DNA of 64,000 nucleotides from NCBI GenBank assembly GCA_019057815.1, contig JAHLWR010000014.1, forward strand, positions 32,001 to 96,000, read 5' to 3'. The DNA is from Candidatus Heimdallarchaeota archaeon (lineage in GTDB: Archaea > Asgardarchaeota > Heimdallarchaeia > Heimdallarchaeales > Heimdallarchaeaceae). The translations under genes were made by a program, and so were the position numbers. Of the stretch, positions 1 to 9,640 are shown piece after piece. The notes under the pieces are model-generated. The model was not told where the DNA came from. It searched no databases and saw only the letters and a list, made by a program, of their open reading frames with translations. The number at the start of each line of letters is the position of its first letter. Positions within the stretch are counted from its first letter, which is position 1.

Positions 1-43
1 CCAGTGCTATTGATATTTTTGACTTTTTTCGATTGTTTTTCAT
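1..43 (-). CDS. 5' end of a gene running off the window; probable secreted or membrane protein (MKNNRKKSKISIAL...)
   Basis: ATG at 43-41 with GGTGA Shine-Dalgarno at 52-48; basic N-terminus followed by hydrophobic residues, like a signal peptide. Confidence 0.65.
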   Translation of the reverse strand, partial: MKNNRKKSKISIAL

Positions 44-52
44 TATATCACC

Positions 53-262
53 TTATTTTTGTTTTTTGTTGCGGAGTGAGTTCTCTAGAAACGTTTCACT
101 TTTACACCAATCTTCATCTTCTGATGTGGAGTCTCAATGAAATGAGATAGTACGCTATTTACTGCGATGAATGTCGAAAGATGAATGCATTTGTGATGAA
201 GATCAGTTATGTTCACCAGTCCATAAGTTTCTTTTTACTCTACTCCATTCGTTGCTTTTTCG
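53..262 (-). ncRNA. Candidate structured 5' leader (cis-regulatory RNA)
   Basis: Closing stem 246-237/81-73; 13-bp inner stem 207-195/118-106 with two G.U pairs that form only on the minus strand; TATA-like TATATATA near 286-294. Confidence 0.45.
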
Positions 263-281
263 TTACTTTGTAGTAAGTAAC
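262..281. promoter_or_regulatory. Palindrome GTTACTT-N6-AAGTAAC between TATA box and predicted start site; possible operator
   Basis: Perfect 7-bp inverted repeat seen in sequence. Confidence 0.35.
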
Positions 282-440
282 AATAATATATATAGAAATT
301 ACTATATATAACCAACAGAAAAAAAGTCCTTTTGTTAACTTATCACCTAAAAGACAGGTAAGGTAATTTTTTCCAATTGTAAATATGTCTAAATGCAAAC
401 TTTTAGATATTATTGTTGTGAGCTACATAGGACACTTATA

Positions 441-509
441 GTGACCAGTCCACATAAAGAACAACACAAGCAACGAATGGAGTGCAAATTCAACAGGTGA
501 ACTGGTCAT
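441..509 (-). ncRNA. Candidate ~70-nt hairpin sRNA antisense to the downstream leader
   Basis: 12-bp terminal stem 508-497/453-442 (one G.U on the minus strand); TTTATAAA box at 530-537; loop carries a perfect 16-nt complement (483-468) of leader positions 257-242. Confidence 0.45.
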
Positions 510-1090
510 TTAATTTATTGAATATGACCTTTATAAATCCTACAGTCTCTCAAAGGATTCTTTTAACCTTCTTTATATATTAGTTATTAAAGATATAAAC
601 GCCCTAAACCTCAAATCTATTACTTTTCTTTTACTCTTAGCCCAGTTATTAAAAGAATAGAATCAGTGAAAAGTATGAAGAGAGTTATTGGTGGGAAGAA
701 ATTTTAGAGTTATTTTACTCTGCTTTTCAAAAACCTGTTTTTCTCTTATTAATAATTGGTTTAGTTTTTATCATTGCAATAAATCACTTTTTTCAATATA
801 ACTATGTACTGATGAGACAAAGTTTCGTAGTTTTTTATATTCTTCTCCATATTCTGTACTGAAAAATTCTGAATACTTCTTCTTTTTCTTTATCTTTTTC
901 TTTTATTAAATGGAGTAACCAGAAAAGAACAATCGCATCAGTAGAGAACAATATGTCCTTTATTGGAACCACTCTACGATTAACTGTCATTTTAGTTTTT
1001 GCGATTGCATGTAAAACTAACTCCTTATCACAAGGAAATTTATCAAGAAATTTTTTATAATAATACTAGAAAGAAAAATCAATTAAATTC

Positions 1091-3091
1091 TTAATCAAAA
1101 TGCTTTTTTGTTAGAGTATCTATCTTTTTTAATATTTCTGAACTACCTTCTAGTTCCTTTAATAATTCAGAGTGCTCTTTTAGTTTTCTAACATATTCTT
1201 CAAATTTTATTTTTAAATCCAAAGAAATATGATCAGAAACACAAACAATCAAGTTATCTTCGATTTGTTCAATCATTAATGCCTTTTTTTCCTCTATTGC
1301 TTCTTTTAGCATTATTTCTTCTTCTAATAGAACACTTGAGAACATGTTCACTGCCGCTATAACTGTTGCTGTGAGAGAAGCTTCATTTTCTTCTTCATAA
1401 TCTGTAGTATATTTATAATTAATTACTCCTGATTGCGTTTCTACAATTGCAACGCCATATAACTTGGATGAGGTTTTTCTTGGGTTCTTTACAAATTTGA
1501 AATCTAAATATTTTTGAAGAACTTCCTCCATCTTTTTGGTTTCTTTGAATCCCTTTTCTTCAAGTGATTTCTTATCAGATTCCTTTTCTTCAGAAATTAT
1601 CTCCAAATCAGCTATTAGACTCTTAATCTCGTTTAGCAAACTTCTGTAGCCAAATCTCGAAGCTAACTCTCTAGCTTTCTCTAAATCATCTAGAGCTCTA
1701 TCTATCTTTTCCCCTTGTGCAAATACCAATCCCTTGATAATATGAATATCACACATAAGTCTTGGAACAAACTGCTCTTGGGAGAGGACTACTAGATTGT
1801 TCAAGTAATTCAATACATTTGAATAATCAGCCAATTCTTTTGTTTCTTTAAACTTTTCAAGGAAAATAGAAGCTAATTGAAATTGACTCTTGATCAATAT
1901 CTCTATGTTCTGCATTTGATTAGCATACTGAAAGGCCATTTGAAATTTTTCTATCGCTTCTGGGATAAGATTTTTTTTCTTTTTTAACATTCCTTCAAAA
2001 TATAGTATTGTGGGTATTTGCCTTGACTCTCCAGTATCTTCCACTATTTCATAGCATCTTTTTATTGAGGTTTCAGCATCTTTTAACCTATCTTGTTCTA
2101 TTTTCAACCACACATCATACAGATAAGGTTCAACTAGTTTCAATTCATTCAATTCATCCAAAGTTCGGGCTAGATCAAGACTTAGCTCAGCATGCTCATA
2201 TTCTTTAAGTATGATATGTAATTCCGTAATATTAAGAGCAGTTATTGCTTGTGAGCGGGGATTTTTTGCTACTAATTTAAATATCTGATTTAGCAATTTA
2301 ATAGAACGTTGATAATCTCCTCTAGCTAATTCTAATTTTGCTGAATTGGTTAGTAAACTAGCTCTATCAGCAGCTAATCCCGTTTCTTCTGTTGGGATAA
2401 CAGCTGAGTTAAGCATTCTTTGAGCTTTTCTAAATTCACCTCTGCTTATTAGAACATTGGTCATTAAGTTAAGTGCAACTGATTGGAAATAAGGATCTTT
2501 TTGCTTAACAGCACTCTGTAGGATATTTCTGGAAGTCTCTTCCACTTTATCTAAAGAATTAACTAGTAAATAAGCTTGAGCTGCTAGAGTCAGGAAGAGA
2601 TTGGTGAATAACTTGTCATTCAACTCATCAGTCGAATCTAGTATCTCTTCATTTTCTTCTAATTTTATTAAGGAAGACTGGAAATCCTTTTCACCGTACA
2701 GTAAGAAGAATTCCATTGTTTTCAAAATAAAAGTGTTTCTAGGATTAGTGAGTGTTTCTAAGAATTTTTGTTGAAATTGTAGCTTTAAACTTGCTATTTT
2801 ATTAGTTTGCTGAATTCTGGAATATGCATAAGCTCTATACAAGAAGTATTCAGGACGCTCCAGATTCTCTGTGAAATGCAAGATTTGTTCAAAATTGCGT
2901 GAACATATAGACATATCAACAACTAAAAATCTTATTTCATTGTTAATTTCAGTATTTTGAGCGTATTCTAGAACTTTTTCGCTGAATAACTGCAGCACAT
3001 TTTTACTAGTAACACTGATAGAATCGACAATCTGTTTAATAATTGGATTGTTGAAAGCTTTTTCATGTCGTAGGTTAAAAGGGGCGTACAC
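1091..3091 (-). CDS. TPR-repeat protein with C-terminal longin/roadblock-like domain
   Basis: Helical TPR-like repeats; C-terminal LYGVAIVETQSGVINYKY...LTATVIAAVNMFS pattern typical of Asgard longin-like domains. Confidence 0.7.
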   Translation of the reverse strand: MYAPFNLRHEKAFNNPIIKQIVDSISVTSKNVLQLFSEKVLEYAQNTEINNEIRFLVVDMSICSRNFEQILHFTENLERPEYFLYRAYAYSRIQQTNKIASLKLQFQQKFLETLTNPRNTFILKTMEFFLLYGEKDFQSSLIKLEENEEILDSTDELNDKLFTNLFLTLAAQAYLLVNSLDKVEETSRNILQSAVKQKDPYFQSVALNLMTNVLISRGEFRKAQRMLNSAVIPTEETGLAADRASLLTNSAKLELARGDYQRSIKLLNQIFKLVAKNPRSQAITALNITELHIILKEYEHAELSLDLARTLDELNELKLVEPYLYDVWLKIEQDRLKDAETSIKRCYEIVEDTGESRQIPTILYFEGMLKKKKNLIPEAIEKFQMAFQYANQMQNIEILIKSQFQLASIFLEKFKETKELADYSNVLNYLNNLVVLSQEQFVPRLMCDIHIIKGLVFAQGEKIDRALDDLEKARELASRFGYRSLLNEIKSLIADLEIISEEKESDKKSLEEKGFKETKKMEEVLQKYLDFKFVKNPRKTSSKLYGVAIVETQSGVINYKYTTDYEEENEASLTATVIAAVNMFSSVLLEEEIMLKEAIEEKKALMIEQIEDNLIVCVSDHISLDLKIKFEEYVRKLKEHSELLKELEGSSEILKKIDTLTKKHFD

Positions 3092-3237
3092 TATTTTTCC
3101 ACCAAAGTTAGTATAACTAGATGATTGAATTGCTTTATTTGATTATTATATCTATTTACAATGGTTAAATAGCTATATATTTGTTTCTAAGTAACATTCA
3201 GATATTTGCTAAATATACGACGAATTGTTAAGAGTAC

Positions 3238-4080
3238 CTATTCATTCAACTTCTCTTCAATTAATTCAAATAACTTTGATCCATGAGCTGCAATGTTTGT
3301 CTCCAAGTCAGCATATTCCGAATCTTTAATGTTCTCATGCATCCAATGCGTAATCTTTGATCTATGAGCTTTATCTTTTTCTGCACCAACTAAAATACAC
3401 TTTGATCTGATAATTTTTAATTCTGCTTCAGTAATTTTTAAAGCTTTAAGTTGAAGACCACATTTCCGAGCGCGTCTAATATCAACATTGTCCAGATATA
3501 GCTTGTATTTGTTAGTTTGACCTTTCTGATCCTTTTGAGTATGAACAACACCCATTAAGAGTTTTGCAAGAGGTTTAACAATAAGAAAATAAACTATTGG
3601 AACATTGACTTTGAGTACGAACCAGTAGAAATTAGATTCAGTTAATGCTACAACTGGACCAACAAGAAAAGACAATTTAGGATTTAAGACTTTTCTACTA
3701 AGAGCTCTTAAAACAACTGCTGCAAGCATACTTGAAGTCACAAGAAAATATTCATCGGTCATAAGATACTCTAAAACTTGAACTATATCGTCCCCTAATC
3801 TTTCAGCTGTAAAAGAAGAATTTTTATTTATTTTAGAGGTGTGTTTCTCTCGTGTTTCTATGTAGATAATGTTATAATCATCTTTCATTTTCATTAATAG
3901 TTCATCCCAAGCTGAAGGAAGGCTAATGAAACCAGGAATTAGAACCATTGTAGCCTTTTTTTCTCCTTTTGGTTCAAAAGTAAGAACTCTTAATGTTTCG
4001 TCTAAATTCTCTCCTACTTGTATTATAAGTTTAGAAGCAATAACCTCGAATTCTGAACTCATAAATAGCATCTCTATCAC
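3238..4080 (-). CDS. Alpha/beta-hydrolase fold protein (paralog 1)
   Basis: LIPGF oxyanion loop, ETREK, VTSSM elbow, GAEKDKAH, C-terminal AAH. Confidence 0.8.
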   Translation of the reverse strand: MIEMLFMSSEFEVIASKLIIQVGENLDETLRVLTFEPKGEKKATMVLIPGFISLPSAWDELLMKMKDDYNIIYIETREKHTSKINKNSSFTAERLGDDIVQVLEYLMTDEYFLVTSSMLAAVVLRALSRKVLNPKLSFLVGPVVALTESNFYWFVLKVNVPIVYFLIVKPLAKLLMGVVHTQKDQKGQTNKYKLYLDNVDIRRARKCGLQLKALKITEAELKIIRSKCILVGAEKDKAHRSKITHWMHENIKDSEYADLETNIAAHGSKLFELIEEKLNE

Positions 4081-4130
4081 AAATATTTAACTTTTTTTCG
4101 TATGAATCTAATAATTCGGAAAATTTCATA

Positions 4131-4964
4131 CTAGAATTTTTCTTTGTTAAGAATTTCTTCTATCAGGTCTACCATAGGCTTACTATGCGCGTTTATGTTC
4201 GTACCTAGGTCAATATAAGTAGAATTTTCGATAAAAGAAGCCATCCAGCGAGTTGTTTCTGATGTATGAGCTTTATCTGTCTCTGCACCAACCAAAACAC
4301 ACTTCGAGCGAATGTTTTTCAGCTCTTCTTCAGTCATTTCCCATTTTCTTAGTTGGATTAAGCTTTTTCTTGCTCTTCGTACGTCATATTGATCAAGATA
4401 ATCATTATATTTCTTAATTTGCTCTTTTTCGTTTTTATCTAATGCGAAATATTTTATGTAAAATTTTACAAAAGGTTTAACTACTAATTTCCAGACTATC
4501 GGATGAGCGATATAAACAAAAAGCCAAGACCAATTCGGTAAGGTTGTATCTTTAACAGGTCCAACAAAGAATGATAGTTTTGGATTAATTAATTTCTTGC
4601 TTAATGCTCTAAGAACAAAAGATGCAATCATACTTGAGGTAACAATAATGTAATTTTCAACTTCAAGGGAGTTTATTACTACAGGAACATCTGCGGTATA
4701 TCTATCTGCAGTGAAAAGCTTATCTTCTTCAAGTAATGCTGTATGTATCTCGCGAGTTTCGATTACTATCAAATCATAATCTTCTTTCTTCAATTCTAAA
4801 AACTCATCCCAAGCGGAAATTTGGGATCCAAAACCAGGAATAAGGATAATTGTTCCCTTCTTAACACCTTTAGTTTTTAAACGTAGCACTCGTAGTCTAT
4901 CGTTAGCTTCTAAATTACATCTAATATAAGATTCTTCAGCTAAATCTTCGAAAGCTGAGGTCAT
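4131..4964 (-). CDS. Alpha/beta-hydrolase fold protein (paralog 2)
   Basis: LIPGF, ETREI, VTSSM, GAETDKAH, NAH; clearly paralogous to 3238-4080. Confidence 0.8.
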   Translation of the reverse strand: MTSAFEDLAEESYIRCNLEANDRLRVLRLKTKGVKKGTIILIPGFGSQISAWDEFLELKKEDYDLIVIETREIHTALLEEDKLFTADRYTADVPVVINSLEVENYIIVTSSMIASFVLRALSKKLINPKLSFFVGPVKDTTLPNWSWLFVYIAHPIVWKLVVKPFVKFYIKYFALDKNEKEQIKKYNDYLDQYDVRRARKSLIQLRKWEMTEEELKNIRSKCVLVGAETDKAHTSETTRWMASFIENSTYIDLGTNINAHSKPMVDLIEEILNKEKF

Positions 4965-5086
4965 AGATTTCCATTTAAAGAAGTCGTTTAAATCTTTTTT
5001 TACAGTTTTTATTCTTTTAGTTGATTAGAAATATTAAAAAGTGACTTCACACTTAAAGGTATACACTTTCAGAGGACTGAACAATA

Positions 5087-5908
5087 TTGCTTGAAGATAT
5101 AACTTTGAAAAGATTTCTAACTGTAAGTGATGGTACCAAGTTAAGGGTTCAAACCTTTGAAAATTCTCCTGCGAGCAGTGAACGAATAAATGTTATAGTT
5201 ATTGGTGGTATGGGCTCCTATATGTTTGCATGGCAAATATTCTTATCGAAAATCATACATGACTATAATGTTATATTTTTAGAAACTAGAGAGAAAGAAA
5301 CAGCTATTCTTGGAACTGAAAATATAACTTTTGCAAGAATAAGAAAAGATATACTAGAAATTATTGAGCAGCTTAATATTAATCTTCAAAAAACTATAAT
5401 GATAACAACCTCAGCAGGAAGCATAGCAACTCTCAAACTTCTAGTTGACCAACACATCCACCCAAAATTATCAATACTTGTATCACCTTTACCTTATAAT
5501 TATATTGGCAAGATAGCCTTCTATTATGGTAGATTACCGCTATTCTGGCATAAAACTGTAACTAAAACTATTTCAAGAATAGGATGCATTTTTGTTAGTG
5601 GTAGAGATAAACTTCAGAGAAAATATATTTTACAAGGTATAAACAGAACGGATTTTAGGAAATATAGAATTAGTACTAGAGATGTTGTAGATTTTAACAT
5701 TCTAAATGAAAATTATGAAACCATTAAGGATAAAATAATCATAATTGGAGCAAGAAAAGATAGAATTCACCCAATCAAATATGTAAGAATGTTAGTAGAA
5801 AAACTACCACAAGCAGAATATTTTGAATTAGAGTATAATTCTGATTCACTTGGTTTAGGACTATATGATATCTTTAAGAAAAAGACAAAAGGGTTCATTA
5901 GTTCATAA
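5087..5908 (+). CDS. Alpha/beta-hydrolase fold protein (divergent paralog 3)
   Basis: VIGGMG, ETREK, TTSAG, GARKDRIH; lacks the C-terminal His. Confidence 0.75.
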   Translation: MLEDITLKRFLTVSDGTKLRVQTFENSPASSERINVIVIGGMGSYMFAWQIFLSKIIHDYNVIFLETREKETAILGTENITFARIRKDILEIIEQLNINLQKTIMITTSAGSIATLKLLVDQHIHPKLSILVSPLPYNYIGKIAFYYGRLPLFWHKTVTKTISRIGCIFVSGRDKLQRKYILQGINRTDFRKYRISTRDVVDFNILNENYETIKDKIIIIGARKDRIHPIKYVRMLVEKLPQAEYFELEYNSDSLGLGLYDIFKKKTKGFISS

Positions 5909-6331
5909 ATCTACTTCTTCTTCTTCTTTAGTGAGATATCTTCTAGAGAAATGCTCAATCAGTTCTTTTGCAGAATCATAGTCTAGAGTCAATTGTTCTC
6001 CCCATATACTTCTAGCTCTTTTCAATTTTCGCATAACGAGACTTAATTTCAGACCTGTTAATGTGTTTCTTGTAAAAAGCTCATTACCTTCAAAATATAT
6101 AACTCCATGTTCTTGTCGATATTTTCCATAGACTTTACTAAGAGTGTAATATTGCTCATAAAGGGGGTCTAAAACTTCATCAGAGCAATCATCTTGGATT
6201 ATCTGATCAAAATTGTCTTTGACTAACAGAGAAGCATATTTGATAATTTCGTCTGCTACATTTTCTAAATTTGTATTGTCATTGACAAACTTCTCAGGTA
6301 TAGAGAGAGTCATATCTTTGTTCTTACCCAT
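5903..6331 (-). CDS. Hypothetical protein
   Basis: 142-aa ORF tightly coupled to upstream genes. Confidence 0.6.
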   Translation of the reverse strand: MGKNKDMTLSIPEKFVNDNTNLENVADEIIKYASLLVKDNFDQIIQDDCSDEVLDPLYEQYYTLSKVYGKYRQEHGVIYFEGNELFTRNTLTGLKLSLVMRKLKRARSIWGEQLTLDYDSAKELIEHFSRRYLTKEEEEVDL

Positions 6332-6333
6332 TC

Positions 6334-6723
6334 TTACACCTTGTTTAGTAATTCTAGAGCTCTTCCTAGTTCAATAATTGCTAAATAATCATACTCATAA
6401 TCTTTGAGAAGTTGTTTCTGAATAACTATTTTTTCTTTTAATTCTTGTATTTCAACATCTCTTCTTGTAATTTTGTTTTTTAAATTCTCTTTCTCATAAC
6501 AGCTTATTACATACTCCCATGAAGAAAAATGTGGACTAAGACTAACTTCAACTAATTTGGAATTGATTTTTTCCAATAGTTCGATGGTTTCCAGATTTAG
6601 TTGCATAGACAATTTTTGGATTTTCCTAATCTGTTTACCATCTAAAGCATATTTTGACGTCTTAACTTTTTCTGCTTTACCCATTGGAATGAATTTGCTT
6701 GGCATCTTTTTTACTTTTTCCAT
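6334..6723 (-). CDS. Hypothetical coiled-coil protein
   Basis: 129-aa ORF with operon-like spacing. Confidence 0.6.
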   Translation of the reverse strand: MEKVKKMPSKFIPMGKAEKVKTSKYALDGKQIRKIQKLSMQLNLETIELLEKINSKLVEVSLSPHFSSWEYVISCYEKENLKNKITRRDVEIQELKEKIVIQKQLLKDYEYDYLAIIELGRALELLNKV

Positions 6724-6736
6724 TGCAATGATATTA

Positions 6737-7279
6737 TCATTTCAGTTTCTTTTTAACTACCAGTGTATCTACTGGTGTAGGAGACATAATTTCAATCGTT
6801 TTAGAGATAGTTATTTCATCATTGAAATCAGGATCCAACCCTCCAACACCATATGCACAAACTATATCATAAACTGCGAGTTTTTGTTTTCCAGCAATAA
6901 GTGAAGATTCCGAAAGTCTAGTTTCTAAAGTTATGATAGCGCGATTATAAACAGGAGCGATAATTTTCTTACCTTCTTCTAAAACCTTAGAGTTAAGTTT
7001 AGATTGATTATAAGTAGCAATCATAGTGTCATCTTCACCTTTTCGTAAAATGTTTAAAGATAATTCTGCAGGAGGTTCTTTTGAGGAAAAAGGAATAAGT
7101 ATCTGATTTGGGGATATTGGAAAATACTTAGGGAGCATCCATAAGGAATAATTATCAAAACTTCCTGAAATGCCTAAAATAGGAGTAATAGATACCAAAT
7201 GCTTACATATCTCAAATGGAAGTTCAACTGAATCGAACATAAGGAAAATTGCATCTATGTTATTTATGAGTTGTCCCAT
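6737..7279 (-). CDS. Hypothetical protein (possibly a flavin-reductase-like split barrel)
   Basis: 180-aa ORF; only weak pattern resemblance. Confidence 0.5.
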   Translation of the reverse strand: MGQLINNIDAIFLMFDSVELPFEICKHLVSITPILGISGSFDNYSLWMLPKYFPISPNQILIPFSSKEPPAELSLNILRKGEDDTMIATYNQSKLNSKVLEEGKKIIAPVYNRAIITLETRLSESSLIAGKQKLAVYDIVCAYGVGGLDPDFNDEITISKTIEIMSPTPVDTLVVKKKLK

Positions 7280-7310
7280 TCATCAGATTAGAAAAGAAAA
7301 ATAATAATAA

Positions 7311-7865
7311 TCACTTATTTTCATAACCCTTCATTCTAGATATTAAATCAGTCAAAATTCTTTCTGTTACACCCCATATTTTGAAATCTTTAACTTGATA
7401 GTAGTTGGTTTCTATTCCATCTATATTTCCAGAAATATAATTTTCTTGATCTATCAAATGTGCAAGAGTAACACAGAAAACTAAGTCCACTTCTGAGGGG
7501 TTTATCGTTATTGTCGCATTTTTGTCTACTAATCCTACATAAGGATAAACCAAATGCTTGCTATTTGTGATTATAGGATTTAAACGACCTAATAATCTTA
7601 TTTTTGATGAGTTTATTCCTACTTCTTCCTCAGTCTCACGTAAACAAGTTTCTACTAGATTCTTATCAGATTCATCAAATCTTCCGCCAGGAAACGCTAT
7701 TTGCCCTTGATGCTGTTTCAGATTTTCAGTCCTTTTAGTAAAAAGGATTTTATCTTTTTCATAGAAGTACGGGATCAGTACTGCTGCCAGTCTTAATTCA
7801 GTTTCAGTCTTAATAGGAGCATCTATTGGTTCGAGAATTTGTTCAATATTGTTAACCCTACTCAC
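7311..7865 (-). CDS. CoA pyrophosphatase (Nudix hydrolase, NudL/PCD1 type)
   Basis: AAVLIP, FTKR...HQGQIAFPGG, Nudix box LRETEEEVG, IWGVT. Confidence 0.9.
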   Translation of the reverse strand: MSRVNNIEQILEPIDAPIKTETELRLAAVLIPYFYEKDKILFTKRTENLKQHQGQIAFPGGRFDESDKNLVETCLRETEEEVGINSSKIRLLGRLNPIITNSKHLVYPYVGLVDKNATITINPSEVDLVFCVTLAHLIDQENYISGNIDGIETNYYQVKDFKIWGVTERILTDLISRMKGYENK

Positions 7866-7984
7866 TTAATTTACCTCCAAGCAGTATCAGTTTTTGTTTT
7901 TCTAAGTAAAAGTAAATATCAACATTACTATAGAAGATTGAAAAAAACTAAAAAATTGTGAAGAGAAAAATGTAAAAGATAGGG

Positions 7985-8614
7985 TTAGAATGTAGCTCTT
8001 ATGTCTTCATCCAATTTATGGACTTTCTCTTCAACATTTTCAAGAAGGCTTTCAAGTTCCTTATACTTACTATTTGCCCATTCAGCATCTTTAGTTTTGA
8101 TGAAACCTAAGTTGATTTCAACATTATGAACAGCTGATTTTAAGCCAGTCAAAGCACAGAGAGCTCCTACAGCTATATCAGAAAGAGCGTTCTTATTCCC
8201 TTTAGTACCCATTTCATTAAGCAGATCTATCACTTCTCTGCATGCTCTACAAGTATCCATAGGAACTTCAGCTGCTTTCTTGTACTCTTCTAAAATTTTA
8301 GCTGAACGTGTAGCTTTTTGTTCTTCAGTATCTTTAGGTAATCTAAAAGAGTTTATAACACCTGTAAAAGCATTAGCGTCCAAATCGACTAATTCTGTGA
8401 GTTTTTTACGTAATTTTTCAGTTTCTGCAATTTTAACCTTGAAAAAATCCTCAACTTCTGCATATTCTTCCTTTCCAATGGTTAAATTAGCAACCATACT
8501 TCCTAGAGCAGCACCCATTGCTCCTGCAATTGCTGCAGCTGACCCTCCACCAGGTGCAGGGCTATTAGAAGCAAGTTCATCCAAAAAATCTGTTATTTTT
8601 TTATCTATTAACAT
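7985..8614 (-). CDS. Formiminotetrahydrofolate cyclodeaminase / cyclohydrolase family
   Basis: FLDELASNSPAPGGGSAAA, GNKNALSD, NVEINL. Confidence 0.9.
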   Translation of the reverse strand: MLIDKKITDFLDELASNSPAPGGGSAAAIAGAMGAALGSMVANLTIGKEEYAEVEDFFKVKIAETEKLRKKLTELVDLDANAFTGVINSFRLPKDTEEQKATRSAKILEEYKKAAEVPMDTCRACREVIDLLNEMGTKGNKNALSDIAVGALCALTGLKSAVHNVEINLGFIKTKDAEWANSKYKELESLLENVEEKVHKLDEDIRATF

Positions 8615-8624
8615 CTAATTCACC

Positions 8625-9524
8625 TTATTCATAAATACGTTTTTCTATAATCTGTTTTCGCTCAAAATTATTCAATTGAAGGTAATATTCAGCAGCTTCT
8701 AGTAAAGCGTCTAAAGGAATCATACCATATACTTCGGATTCAGTAACATTTACTCCAAAACGCGCAGCTTCTGTTTTAACCATGTCGAAGACTCTATTAA
8801 GAGGAGTTCCTTTAAAATCAGTAATATTCATCGATACTTGAACGCAATTTTTTTCTTCAATGTTCATAGCACCAGCTTGTATGTATCTCAATCCTCCACC
8901 ACTATGTCTAATATTCTTAGCTATCGCTTTAGCGATACCCATATCAGTTGTATCAAGGTATATATTGTAAGCTATTAGAAACTCTCTTGCTCCAATATTT
9001 GTTGCTCCAGATTTAGGTAAGTCTTTAGGTCCATAATCAGGTTCATAAACAGGATCTTCAATAATTGCCTCTTTTAACTGCTCATATTGAAAAGATTTAG
9101 TTCTATATTTTTGAAGAACTTCCCTACTTGGGTTCTTAGCGGCTGCACCATAAAGATAGGTTGGAATCTTAAGTTCATCCCCTATTTTCTTAGCTAACTT
9201 TTCAGCTAATTCAGCACATTCTTCGAGTGAAATATCTGAAATGGGAATAAACGGAATAACATCTGTAGCTCCAAAACGGTTGTGTTCTCCTTTTTGTTCG
9301 TCCATATCAATAAGTTGAGCTGCTTTCTTACATCCAGCAAAAGCTGCATCTAAACAAGCTTCAGGTTCTCCTACGAAAGATATAACAGCTCGATTATGAT
9401 CAGGGTCCATTCGAGAATCAAGAAGCTTAATTTTGCCTCCTTTTTCTATAGCTTCAACGATTTGATCTACTACTTCTTTGCGTTTTCCTTCACTAAAATT
9501 GGGGACACATTCAACGATAGGCAT
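8625..9524 (-). CDS. ftcD: Glutamate formimidoyltransferase
   Basis: IVECVPNFSEG, DPDHNRAV, GEHNRFGATDVIPF, QVSMN. Confidence 0.92.
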   Translation of the reverse strand: MPIVECVPNFSEGKRKEVVDQIVEAIEKGGKIKLLDSRMDPDHNRAVISFVGEPEACLDAAFAGCKKAAQLIDMDEQKGEHNRFGATDVIPFIPISDISLEECAELAEKLAKKIGDELKIPTYLYGAAAKNPSREVLQKYRTKSFQYEQLKEAIIEDPVYEPDYGPKDLPKSGATNIGAREFLIAYNIYLDTTDMGIAKAIAKNIRHSGGGLRYIQAGAMNIEEKNCVQVSMNITDFKGTPLNRVFDMVKTEAARFGVNVTESEVYGMIPLDALLEAAEYYLQLNNFERKQIIEKRIYE

Positions 9525-9640
9525 ATACTCACCTTAAATATTTTGAAAAGATTTCGTTTTAAAGTTTACTTATTGGTACTTAATAAAAATAATTCTTTCT
9601 AATGAAAAAAATAGGAAGAAGAATGAAAAAATAAGGAAAG

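Noticed and set aside
121-199. C/D-box sRNA (CTGA at 121, GTGATGA at 193) on the plus strand
   Set aside because: The boxes are in the wrong order for a terminal C/D pair, and the G.U pattern of the stems favours the minus strand
600-1090. Short ORFs (35-51 aa) on either strand
   Set aside because: No recognisable motif or convincing start signals; possibly gene debris
7985-9524. Split FTCD as a novelty
   Set aside because: Separate formiminotransferase and cyclodeaminase genes are common in prokaryotes
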